A stretch of DNA of 32,000 nucleotides from Prochlorococcus marinus str. NATL2A (GTDB lineage Bacteria; Cyanobacteriota; Cyanobacteriia; PCC-6307; Cyanobiaceae). Numbering within the stretch: position 1 is the first letter of the stretch; each line of letters opens with the position of its first letter. The DNA lies in contig NC_007335.2 in NCBI RefSeq assembly GCF_000012465.1, forward strand, positions 1,650,001-1,682,000. The letters run 5' to 3'. Positions 8,373-17,528 of the stretch are shown here, in pieces. The notes under the pieces are model-generated. The model had not been told where the DNA came from, searched no databases, and worked only from the letters and a program-made list of their open reading frames with translations. The position numbers and the translations under genes are program-made.

Positions 8373-9725
8373 TTAAGAAATTGAATCCATCAATTTCAAT
8401 ACTTCTAGTAGTGTTTTCTCATTTCCAAGATTGCCTGGGAAAGTAATTACTGGTAAATTATATTGATCAGAATCACCTGTTACTATTGACAACCCTGGTA
8501 ATATTTGTCCTTTTAAATGTACATGATTAAAATTCAACCCTTTCTGAAGTAAGATTTGTGTTGTAATACCTCCTTTACTAATAATATAACCAAATTTATT
8601 AGTTATTTTTCTAACTAGAATTGACATAAACTCTGCAAGTTCAAGTCCAAAAGTCATTCTTTCAGAGTAAGAAGAAAACTTCATTTCTTCTCGAGAAGTA
8701 TATAAAACAGGTACTTTTTCTAAATCCAAAATATCATCTATTTTCGATAATAAAGTATACTCTATTTCTAAGATTTCCTGTTGACGATCTTCCAAAGCAA
8801 ATATATTAGCTAATTTACTGACTGGTATTTCCAACCCTTTACAGGAATTATCCATCATTAAAACCTCTAATTGATCTGTCGCTAATTTCACATGGGAGCC
8901 AACTATTATCAAACCTGGCTTATATTTATACTCATTATTTTTCGATTTCAAAGAAACTAAATCTGCAGTACATTTAGGGTTAGGTGGCAATGCAGATAAA
9001 GATTTTATAAAGCTTGCTGCAGTCCTAAAAAGAAATCTTTTTTCTTTAGAAACTACTTTGATCGCATTAGCTAGTATTTCTAGATGATGAGGTAATTTAG
9101 CATCCACAACCACTGAAGTATTATTTTCTAATTTAGATAAAAATTTTAAAAGAGATTCAAAACCATCTTCATCATTAAAAGCCATGTCTAATTGTTTAAT
9201 TTTAACGTGCAAGATATTTTTCGCCTTAATCTTTCCAAAACTTTTTTCTTCAATCCATTTAGCTAAATTACTAGTAGAAAATCCAAAAATATTATCATGA
9301 CCAAAATCAGTAGCATGAACAGGTATACCATTTAAATAATGAATACCGTTTTCAGTTGTTCTTCCACCTTCCAAAAAAGCTGGAATGTGAAATGTTGCAT
9401 CAAATGGTCCTAATTCTTCCGCAAGAATTGCAGGTTCTAAAACACCATGACCACGTAAGGTTGAATCACCTCTACTAATATAAAAGAAATCATTTTTGGA
9501 ATATCCTTGTCTTACAAAAAATTTCTTAATAGATGAGCATATTTCTCTGGTTTTCTTAGCAGCCAACACAGAAGATAAAGATCTTGTGTTCGCAAGTATA
9601 AATATTAAAGGAGAAGACTGTTTAAATGCTTTCTCTAGATTTTGTTCATCCCAATTTAATAATAATGGGCATCCATAAACAGTTTGAGATCCAGTTGGAT
9701 CATCATCAAAAATAATTATTTTCAT
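8373..9725 (-). CDS. Four-carbon acid-sugar kinase family protein (DUF1537 / YgbK-like), substrate unknown
   Basis: 450 aa. N-terminal IIIFDDDPTGSQTV matches the DUF1537 sugar-binding domain start. The C-terminal ISKGGITT segment fits its nucleotide-binding domain. Starts 30 nt downstream of the oxidase gene on the same strand. Family-level call only. Confidence 0.65.
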   Translation of the reverse strand: MKIIIFDDDPTGSQTVYGCPLLLNWDEQNLEKAFKQSSPLIFILANTRSLSSVLAAKKTREICSSIKKFFVRQGYSKNDFFYISRGDSTLRGHGVLEPAILAEELGPFDATFHIPAFLEGGRTTENGIHYLNGIPVHATDFGHDNIFGFSTSNLAKWIEEKSFGKIKAKNILHVKIKQLDMAFNDEDGFESLLKFLSKLENNTSVVVDAKLPHHLEILANAIKVVSKEKRFLFRTAASFIKSLSALPPNPKCTADLVSLKSKNNEYKYKPGLIIVGSHVKLATDQLEVLMMDNSCKGLEIPVSKLANIFALEDRQQEILEIEYTLLSKIDDILDLEKVPVLYTSREEMKFSSYSERMTFGLELAEFMSILVRKITNKFGYIISKGGITTQILLQKGLNFNHVHLKGQILPGLSIVTGDSDQYNLPVITFPGNLGNEKTLLEVLKLMDSIS

Positions 9726-9755
9726 AGAAAATAAATCTATTATTCAATCAAAGAT

Positions 9756-10940
9756 TTATTCGAATCTCTCCCAACTTTCAGGAACTTGAATATAAGATTT
9801 ACTTAAATCGGCAACAGACCCACATCCCAATAGTTTCATAGTTCTCACTATATCTGTTTGAAGAATTTCTATAGCTCTGGCAACGCCTTTCCCTCCTGCA
9901 GCAGCAAGTCCATACGCATATGCTCTACCGATCAAAACTCCTTTCGCGCCAAGACATAATGCTTTCACAACATCACTACCCCTGCGAATACCTCCATCTA
10001 GCAACACATCTATTTTCCCATCAACTGCAGCTAAAATTTCGGGCAAAACACGGATCGTGGGAGCAACGCTATCAAGTTGCCTGGCTCCATGATTAGAAAT
10101 AACGATCGCATCAGCCCCTAGCTCTGCCGCTTTTTTTGCGTCATCACCAATATGTATACCCTTAACAATAATTTTTCCACCCCACGCTTCTCTTATCCAT
10201 TGAAGATCATCCCAAGTAACCACTGATTGCTCTAAAGCAGGACCAATTGCCGTGTATCCCATAGGGCCATCATCTAGTTGAACATTAGGAAAACTCATTA
10301 AGCCTCCATCACTTAACCATTGAGTCATCCAGCATGGTTTAACTAATATTTGAGGAATATAAGGAAGCATCTCCAAAGGATTCATTGATAAAAGCTGTTG
10401 AGTTCCTGATCGCATATCTCTTTCCCTCAAACCAGATACAGGTGTATCAATAGTTACAACTATTGCTGAGAATCCAGCTTCTTTAGCTCTAGCAATTGTT
10501 TTTAAAGCGACTTCTTTACCACCAAGTAAATAAAGCTGATACCAAGCTGGCCCGTTTGTAGCAGCTTTAACGTCTTCTAACAAACAACCTGAGAGAGTCG
10601 ACAAGGTATATCCAGTTCCAGCTTTTCCTGCCTCTCTAGCTGCAACAACTTCTCCTTGAGGATAGAACATTCTGCTACTACCTACTGGTCCCAACAAGAA
10701 AGGAAGTTGAAATTGCTGATCTAAAACAGATATTCCAAGATCACACGATGGAACAGAAACTGCACATCTAGGTCTAAATAAAATTTCATTATATGCGTTG
10801 CAATTTTGCGAAAGTGTTTGCTCTCTATCTGCACCACTATCTATATAGTTAAAAACCATTGCCGGCAGACGATTTTTAGCTCTAGACCTGAGGTCATCAA
10901 TATTAAGTACCCCAGGAGAGGAAACATCTGCTCCTAACAT
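9756..10940 (-). CDS. lldD: FMN-dependent alpha-hydroxy-acid oxidase/dehydrogenase (L-lactate / glycolate oxidase family)
   Basis: 394 aa with family motifs: NIDDLRSRAKNRLPAMVFNYIDSGADREQTL, VVTIDTPVSGLRERD, VISNHGARQLD and LDGGIRRGSDVVKAL. Substrate cannot be assigned from sequence. Confidence 0.85.
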   Translation of the reverse strand: MLGADVSSPGVLNIDDLRSRAKNRLPAMVFNYIDSGADREQTLSQNCNAYNEILFRPRCAVSVPSCDLGISVLDQQFQLPFLLGPVGSSRMFYPQGEVVAAREAGKAGTGYTLSTLSGCLLEDVKAATNGPAWYQLYLLGGKEVALKTIARAKEAGFSAIVVTIDTPVSGLRERDMRSGTQQLLSMNPLEMLPYIPQILVKPCWMTQWLSDGGLMSFPNVQLDDGPMGYTAIGPALEQSVVTWDDLQWIREAWGGKIIVKGIHIGDDAKKAAELGADAIVISNHGARQLDSVAPTIRVLPEILAAVDGKIDVLLDGGIRRGSDVVKALCLGAKGVLIGRAYAYGLAAAGGKGVARAIEILQTDIVRTMKLLGCGSVADLSKSYIQVPESWERFE

Positions 10941-11086
10941 TATTCATCACAAATTCATGAATTATGAATCTATAATATATTGAACATAGTTGCAAAAATG
11001 AACAAAATATTGAAATATTTGTGATACAAAAAGCTATAAATTAAATTTAATTAGTTAGAAACTATACTCATCAAAAACTTAAATAA

Positions 11087-11944
11087 CTAAAAAGAATTAT
11101 GCTGAAAAGTGGTAGATAAATCTATATATTCTTCTGGCTTGATTTCCAGCTTTCTATCTCCAGTAATCAGGGAATTCCTTGGGCTAGTCCAAGGCTCTAG
11201 ACAAACCATTTGTCTAGGAGGGTCAGTCCATATGACTGTTGTATCCATAGGCTCTTGATGAATTAATTCAATTACATTCCTAGATAAAAAATCAAACATT
11301 TTAACCGAAGAAGAAGGATAAGAAAGAAAATCAACACCTTTATCTAAAATCCTTATCTGATCAGAGACATTAGTAACTTTCATATTAGTTTGATCAATAC
11401 ATTTTTCAGGCAAACCATCTATCTTTATTTTTTGTGTATTTGAAACTTGAAAATATGGATGCAGACCAAAACTGAAAGGCATAGACTCTTGACTCTGATT
11501 GTGGATTTTAATTGATATTTGAAGACTTTTTTCTTTCAAGCACACGTCCATCCACAAAGTAAAAAAGAAGGGAAAATAAGAACGTGAATCCTTTGTATCA
11601 GTGAGTTTAAGTCTTATTCCTAGTTTATCTTTTAACAAATTTATTGACCAAGGTAAATCTCTTGCAAAACCATGCTGTTTTAAAAAATACTTCTTGCCGC
11701 CATTTGAATAGCCCTCAGACAAATCACCGCATATGGGAAAAAGGATAGGTATTCCTCCTCTGACACTTTTATCTTTGTCTAGAAAACGCTCTAAATCAAA
11801 GTACAAAAGTTCCTTCCCTTCGCTGCGCCATTCAGTAATCAACCCTCCTCTTTCAGGGACAATTCTTATTGATGAATCGAATTCAGGGTTTGAATATTCC
11901 CAATGAGGATAAGGCTTTATCTTTTTTTCGAAACTGACGGTCAT
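11087..11944 (-). CDS. Aldose 1-epimerase (mutarotase) family protein
   Basis: 285 aa with mutarotase-fold segments (RGGIPILFPICG, HGFARD, FGLHPYF, CLEPWT). Begins 3 nt after the upstream hydrolase stop. Confidence 0.72.
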   Translation of the reverse strand: MTVSFEKKIKPYPHWEYSNPEFDSSIRIVPERGGLITEWRSEGKELLYFDLERFLDKDKSVRGGIPILFPICGDLSEGYSNGGKKYFLKQHGFARDLPWSINLLKDKLGIRLKLTDTKDSRSYFPFFFTLWMDVCLKEKSLQISIKIHNQSQESMPFSFGLHPYFQVSNTQKIKIDGLPEKCIDQTNMKVTNVSDQIRILDKGVDFLSYPSSSVKMFDFLSRNVIELIHQEPMDTTVIWTDPPRQMVCLEPWTSPRNSLITGDRKLEIKPEEYIDLSTTFQHNSF

Positions 11945-11947
11945 CGA

Positions 11948-12859
11948 TTAGAGCTGATTAATCCATTCTAAAAGAGCGGAATTAACCTGATCGGGCACTT
12001 CATCATGCGGACAATGACCAGCGTCTAAAACAACTTCTTTTGTATTTGTAGGAGTGTGTTTTTTATAAGTAGCCCTTTTACCAGGGGCATTCATCCAAGG
12101 ATCTCTATTACCCCAAAGCAATAACAATGGTGCCTTCAACTGAGAAAATAACTCATCAAGTGGTTTTCCCTGAGGTCCTGCTGGATCGAAAACACTTTTG
12201 AAGACATTAAAAGCACCCTTATCCAAAGATGGTTTTCGAATCGCTTCTACTAGTTCATCATCAACGTTAGATGTATCAATATAAACTTGATTTAAGGTAC
12301 GTTTAATTGTTGAAGGTTGTCTAAGGTTTTCAAAAATTATTCTTTGCAACAGAGCATTTTTGAGAAAGATACCAGCAACAGTTTTTCTTGCTGTCGCCCA
12401 AGTTCCTTTAGTTGTTTTCTTGTCTTCACTGAAATAACCCGCAGCATTTAATAAAACCACACCTGCTGCTTCTGGACCCATCGCCGCACCACTAGCAAGC
12501 GCAGCATATCCCCCTAGAGAGTTACCTACAAGAATTGTAGGTCTCCCAATTTTTTCTTTTACGTAAGCAACTATTTGATCTTTCCAAAGTGGGCCTCCAT
12601 AAGCAAGACCACTCGGTTTGGAGCTTTTACCAAACCCGAGAAGATCTAAAGCGTGAACTTCATACTTCTTTCCTAGTACTGGTAAGTTGTACCTCCAATG
12701 AGTTGTGGAGGCACCAAAGCCATGAATTAAAAGAATTGCTGGACCTTTTTCTTCATCAGTCTTGGTTTTATGAGCTTCAGGAATAATGCTCAGACTATGA
12801 ACGGAATGACCTAAGAATTTCCAATCAGAAAGTTTTGTTTCTACCACTGAGGAAACCAT
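11948..12859 (-). CDS. Alpha/beta-fold hydrolase
   Basis: 303 aa with an oxyanion-hole HGFG motif (ILLIHGFGAS), the nucleophile elbow GNSLGG and a C-terminal catalytic His context (DAGHCPHDE). Confidence 0.8.
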   Translation of the reverse strand: MVSSVVETKLSDWKFLGHSVHSLSIIPEAHKTKTDEEKGPAILLIHGFGASTTHWRYNLPVLGKKYEVHALDLLGFGKSSKPSGLAYGGPLWKDQIVAYVKEKIGRPTILVGNSLGGYAALASGAAMGPEAAGVVLLNAAGYFSEDKKTTKGTWATARKTVAGIFLKNALLQRIIFENLRQPSTIKRTLNQVYIDTSNVDDELVEAIRKPSLDKGAFNVFKSVFDPAGPQGKPLDELFSQLKAPLLLLWGNRDPWMNAPGKRATYKKHTPTNTKEVVLDAGHCPHDEVPDQVNSALLEWINQL

Positions 12860-12976
12860 TTAAAAGTAAATTCTAACTTCTAGATCTTAGTAAATAATTG
12901 ATAGAAAAAGATTAATGATTTTATTTCTTTTTTTCGAAATTGCCTCACCTTTTTGAAAAAGAGTTCTTGATGATTT

Positions 12977-14350
12977 TTAAACCAATCCAACTGGATCAGC
13001 TGCAATCTCATCAGGAATAGAGTTGCCTCCTGAAGGGGGTTTATCTTTCAAAACAACTCTAAGCAAAACAGGTGCTAAAAATGTTGTTCCAATAACCATT
13101 AACAATATTGCAGCCTCAAGAGAAGGGGTAAGCAAACCAGCACTTGTTCCCAATCCTAGAAAAATCAATCCGACCTCACCTCGAGGCATCATTCCCAGGC
13201 CAACTACTAATCTATTTGTTGGTTTATCAATGACAAAGCACCAGCCAGCAGCGATTTTCCCGACAATTGCCACAATAAATAAAAAACCAGCCACGATTAG
13301 AGCAGAGCGACTCTGTGGATCAAGAGGATTGATCACAGAAAGATCCATACCTGCTCCAACAAGTACAAAGAAAATAGTTGCGAAGAGCGATACTAATGGC
13401 AAAACAGATTGTTGAATTGCGTGATTATTTTTTGAACTACTTAGTATCAATCCAGCAGCAAAAGCACCCAAAGCAGCTTCTAAACCTATAGCAGTAGCAA
13501 CAAAACAGCTCAAGACTAGTATCACAAAAGAAGCTACAACAACCGCTCCGGGAGCTTTAAGTCTCTCAAGCAACCAATCAAAGGCTGGAGCAGCTGTTCG
13601 ACTTAAAGCAATTGCAGCAAATACAAAAACAGTTGCAGCAAGTACTAATTTGACAATGGGAGCAATTTGTAATGATCCTCCCGTCGCAAGAGCTACAACA
13701 ACTGCAAGAATAACAATTCCAAGTATGTCATCTAATACTGCTGCGCCAATAACAATTTGACCCTCACGAGTTTTTAAATAACCAAGCTCACCAAAAACAC
13801 TTGCAGTAATACCAATACTTGTCGCGGTCATAGATGCACCAGCAAATATTGCAGGAATGATATCTACTTGGAAAATAAACATTAATCCAAAAGTTCCAAA
13901 AGCAAATGGCAAAATCACTCCTGCCATTGCAACAGTGAAAGCTTGTGCTCCAACTGCTACAAGTTCCTCTAATTCACTCTCCAGTCCGGTCAGAAATAAC
14001 AAAGCGTATAGCCCTAAAGTTGCTACGGCTTGTAATGATGGAAAAGTTTCAAAATAAATATCTGGGACTGCTTCTTTGGGTACTGAAGCAAGGGTGCTAA
14101 TAACAGAAACAAAACCTTGATTCAACTCAGCATGAGCACTAGGCGGCAATAAAAGATGTAATCCTGAGGCACCAATTAAAACTCCCGCAAGAAGTTCACC
14201 GACTATGGTAGGCAAACTTAGTCGAACCAAGATTTCAGCCAAAGTCCTTGCCGCAACAAAGATCATCAAGAAATTAATGACCCCTATCAGCGTTTCCGCT
14301 ACCTCAACATCATGAGTATTAAGTGCTGAGACTAAAGGAGTTAATACCAT
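12977..14350 (-). CDS. Cation:proton antiporter (CPA2-type Na+/H+ or K+/H+ exchanger), polytopic membrane protein
   Basis: 457 aa, hydrophobic nearly throughout, with at least 10 predicted TM helices. Ala/Gly/Leu/Val-rich. Sodium/hydrogen-exchanger-like segments (ELLAGVLIG, VLDDILGIV, PRGEVGLI). Confidence 0.8.
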   Translation of the reverse strand: MVLTPLVSALNTHDVEVAETLIGVINFLMIFVAARTLAEILVRLSLPTIVGELLAGVLIGASGLHLLLPPSAHAELNQGFVSVISTLASVPKEAVPDIYFETFPSLQAVATLGLYALLFLTGLESELEELVAVGAQAFTVAMAGVILPFAFGTFGLMFIFQVDIIPAIFAGASMTATSIGITASVFGELGYLKTREGQIVIGAAVLDDILGIVILAVVVALATGGSLQIAPIVKLVLAATVFVFAAIALSRTAAPAFDWLLERLKAPGAVVVASFVILVLSCFVATAIGLEAALGAFAAGLILSSSKNNHAIQQSVLPLVSLFATIFFVLVGAGMDLSVINPLDPQSRSALIVAGFLFIVAIVGKIAAGWCFVIDKPTNRLVVGLGMMPRGEVGLIFLGLGTSAGLLTPSLEAAILLMVIGTTFLAPVLLRVVLKDKPPSGGNSIPDEIAADPVGLV

Positions 14351-14514
14351 CAGGTTCTCTAGAAAAGCCTTTTCTTTAAGATATAAATTACCTAATCACA
14401 GGGCATATTTGCCATAAATATCAAAGGTGACTTAATCAATAAGGTGTGGATCTGAAGTTACTCACTGATTACTAAGGCTTTATTGGCTAGCGTCCAAAGA
14501 CCTTTGATGCCCCT

Positions 14515-17034
14515 ATGAGCAGCTCCCAGTCACTAGACCTGCGTCTACCGACCCCAGGATGCTATGCGGATCCTGTTCGGGCTGGCATGGATGCTGATGC
14601 TGTCTTCGATGGAATGACTGAGCATCTCTTTTTTACTCTCGGCAAACTGGCTACATCAGCAAGTCTCAGAGATCTCTATATGGCTTTGAGCTTTGCTGTT
14701 AGAGACAGATTGATGAGTAGATATTTAACTAGTCAAGAGACAATCAGAGCAAGACCTCAAAAAACAGTCGCATATCTTTCAGCTGAATTTCTAATTGGAC
14801 CTCAACTAAATAATAATTTACTCAATCTTGGCATCAAAAAAGAGGCAGAAGAAGCTCTTAAAAGGTTTGGAATTGAATCTTTAAATGAGATATTGGAAGT
14901 AGAAGAGGAGCCTGGCCTTGGGAATGGAGGATTAGGGAGACTTGCAGCTTGCTATATGGAATCACTTGCAAGTCTTCAGGTTCCTGCCGTGGGATATGGA
15001 ATTAGGTACGAATTTGGGATTTTCAATCAATTAATTAGAGATGGTTGGCAAGTCGAAGTTACTGACAAATGGCTCAAAGGTGGATGGCCTTGGGAATTAC
15101 CCCAACCAGATGAAGCTTGCTTAGTCGGTTTTGGAGGGCAAACTGAAAGTTATACAGATGACAATGGAAATTATCGCTCTCGATGGATTCCAAGCGAACA
15201 CGCTATTGGTGTTCCACATGATGTGCCTGTTCTTGGTTATCGAGTAAACAGCTGCGATCGATTGAGATTATGGAGAGCTGATGCAACCGAAAGTTTTGAT
15301 TTCTACGCTTTCAATATTGGCGATTACTACGGAGCTGTAGAAGAGAAAGTAGCCTCAGAAACACTATCAAAAGTTCTATACCCCAATGATGGAACTGACG
15401 AAGGAAGAAGACTACGCTTGAAGCAACAACACTTCTTCGTAAGTTGTTCCCTTCAGGATATGCTTAGAAGTTTAGAAAAGCGGTCAATAGCTGTTGAGGA
15501 GTTTCCGAATCACTGGACAGTTCAACTAAATGACACTCATCCAGCTATTGCAGTAGCAGAGTTAATGAGACTATTAATTGATCAACATAGATTGGATTGG
15601 GATAAAGCCTGGGAAATTACCAATAGATCCGTTGCATATACAAACCACACTTTGTTGCCCGAAGCTCTTGAGAAATGGGACCTTAGCCTATTTAAAAATT
15701 TATTGCCTAGACATTTAGAACTTATTTATGAAATAAATAGACGATTCTTACAACAAGTAAGACTCAAGTATCCAGGCAATGACTTGATTTTAAGGAAGCT
15801 TTCAATTATTGATGAAGAAGGAGGGAAAGCTATACGAATGGCACATTTAGCAACAATTGGAGCACATCATGTCAATGGAGTAGCAGCTCTTCATTCAGAT
15901 TTAATCAAGAGACAATTACTACCTGAATTTGCACAACTCTGGCCTGAGAAATTCACTAATGTCACTAATGGAGTTACTCCACGTCGATGGGTAGCTTTAG
16001 CAAATCCTGAACTTTCTAAACTTCTTGACAAAGAGATTGGTCCTAATTGGATTACCAATATGGACCTACTACTAGAGTTAGAAAAAAAAGAAAATGACTC
16101 TAACTTTTTAGATCTTTTTGCATCGGCTAAGCTATCTGGCAAAAGGAAACTAGCCGGCTATATTCATAGACAAACTGGAGTTTTAGTAGATCCCTCAAGT
16201 TTATTTGATGTTCAAGTTAAAAGAATTCACCAGTATAAAAGACAGCATTTGAATGCTTTGCAAGTCATCGCACAATATCTAAGAATTAAAAATGGAATAA
16301 CAAAAAATATTGCACCTCGTACTGTCATTTTTGGTGGTAAAGCTGCGCCAGGTTATTTCATGGCGAAGTTAATGATTAGATTTATCAATGGAATTGCAGA
16401 TGTAGTTAATGCAGACCCAGATATGGATGGATTACTAAGGGTAGTTTTTCTTCCCGATTACAATGTAAAGCTAGGTGAGCAAGTCTATCCCGCAACTGAT
16501 CTCTCTGAGCAGATTTCAACTGCGGGGAAAGAAGCCTCAGGAACTGGAAATATGAAATTCGCTATGAATGGTGCGTTAACAATTGGAACTCTTGATGGAG
16601 CTAATGTAGAAATCAGGGATAGAGTTGGCGCAGAAAATTTCTTTTTGTTTGGTAAGACAGAATCAGAAATCATGGAATTAAGAGATCAAGGATATAGTCC
16701 AAATAGTTTTATTGCCGAATCAAATGAACTACAAGAAACTCTTAAGTTAATAGAAGTTGGGCATTTTAGTAACGGGGATAGTGAACTTTTTAGACCAATA
16801 ATAAATATCTTGACAGGGAACGATCCTTTCTTTGTTATGGCTGATTTTGATGATTACCTTCGTGCACAAGATGAGGTTAGTAAAGCTTGGAAAAAAAGTA
16901 AAAAATGGAATCGTATGGCATTGCTAAATACAGCAAGATCTGGGTTTTTCTCATCAGACAGATCAATTAGAGAATACTGTCAATCAATATGGAAAGTTAA
17001 ACCATTACCTGTAGAGATAAGTTGTGAAAAATAA
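14515..17034 (+). CDS. glgP: Glycogen/alpha-glucan phosphorylase
   Basis: 839 aa with GT35 phosphorylase motifs: LGNGGLGRLAAC, NDTHPA, TNHT, and the pyridoxal-phosphate site EASGTGNMKFAMNGALTIGTLDGANVE. Confidence 0.95.
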   Translation: MSSSQSLDLRLPTPGCYADPVRAGMDADAVFDGMTEHLFFTLGKLATSASLRDLYMALSFAVRDRLMSRYLTSQETIRARPQKTVAYLSAEFLIGPQLNNNLLNLGIKKEAEEALKRFGIESLNEILEVEEEPGLGNGGLGRLAACYMESLASLQVPAVGYGIRYEFGIFNQLIRDGWQVEVTDKWLKGGWPWELPQPDEACLVGFGGQTESYTDDNGNYRSRWIPSEHAIGVPHDVPVLGYRVNSCDRLRLWRADATESFDFYAFNIGDYYGAVEEKVASETLSKVLYPNDGTDEGRRLRLKQQHFFVSCSLQDMLRSLEKRSIAVEEFPNHWTVQLNDTHPAIAVAELMRLLIDQHRLDWDKAWEITNRSVAYTNHTLLPEALEKWDLSLFKNLLPRHLELIYEINRRFLQQVRLKYPGNDLILRKLSIIDEEGGKAIRMAHLATIGAHHVNGVAALHSDLIKRQLLPEFAQLWPEKFTNVTNGVTPRRWVALANPELSKLLDKEIGPNWITNMDLLLELEKKENDSNFLDLFASAKLSGKRKLAGYIHRQTGVLVDPSSLFDVQVKRIHQYKRQHLNALQVIAQYLRIKNGITKNIAPRTVIFGGKAAPGYFMAKLMIRFINGIADVVNADPDMDGLLRVVFLPDYNVKLGEQVYPATDLSEQISTAGKEASGTGNMKFAMNGALTIGTLDGANVEIRDRVGAENFFLFGKTESEIMELRDQGYSPNSFIAESNELQETLKLIEVGHFSNGDSELFRPIINILTGNDPFFVMADFDDYLRAQDEVSKAWKKSKKWNRMALLNTARSGFFSSDRSIREYCQSIWKVKPLPVEISCEK

Positions 17035-17038
17035 ATAA

Positions 17039-17497
17039 CTATTTATCAGGCAAGTCTGGTGTTTGATGCAATAATCTATTCAACCTTAAACGATCAATAT
17101 TTAATGGATCTGGAGCAAGCTCACCAGCGACCTCTCGAAATTTATCTTCAACTTCATCAGGAACTTTGACATCAAAAATTCTTTCCATCAAAGCCTCAAT
17201 AGAATATAAATGAGCATTAATATTCTCCAGATCAGAAACTACTTGTGTAATTGATTTATCTTTTTTCTCAATAGTTAAATTTTGACAATTATCTTCAGAT
17301 TGATCGGATGACTTTGAATTTAGTTTCTTTTGCAAATCTTCTAAAACTCGTCCACATAAAGTTCGAAAAGATTGAAGCGCAGCCCAATTGACCTCTTGTT
17401 GTTGGCGCAAAGTGGGAAACTCTCTAATCAAACGATCATGTTCCCTATAAAATCTTAGGCAATCTGGACATTGGCATGGTTCTTCAGACACCTTCAT
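17039..17497 (-). CDS. Hypothetical protein with an N-terminal CxCxxC motif, acidic
   Basis: 152-codon ORF with an ATG start and no competing ORF. Its stop is 4 nt from the convergent glgP stop. I recognise no family. Confidence 0.5.
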   Translation of the reverse strand: MKVSEEPCQCPDCLRFYREHDRLIREFPTLRQQQEVNWAALQSFRTLCGRVLEDLQKKLNSKSSDQSEDNCQNLTIEKKDKSITQVVSDLENINAHLYSIEALMERIFDVKVPDEVEDKFREVAGELAPDPLNIDRLRLNRLLHQTPDLPDK

Positions 17498-17528
17498 CGA
17501 GGCAGCTTAGAAACCATCATTACATTTA

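Noticed and set aside
12921-12958. An imperfect AT-rich hairpin between the antiporter and hydrolase genes, CTTTTTTTCGAAA...TTTTGAAAAAGAG, considered as a terminator.
   Set aside because: The 13-bp stem needs two G-U pairs on the plus strand. On the minus strand, which is the relevant coding strand, these become A-C mismatches. No U-tract follows, so it is too weak to call.
17031-17046. The AT-only palindrome ATAAATA-AC-TATTTAT spanning the convergent stops of glgP and the 152-aa ORF, considered as a bidirectional terminator.
   Set aside because: Seven A:T pairs with a 2-nt loop cannot form a stable RNA hairpin. It is built largely from the two stop codons and their AT-rich context.
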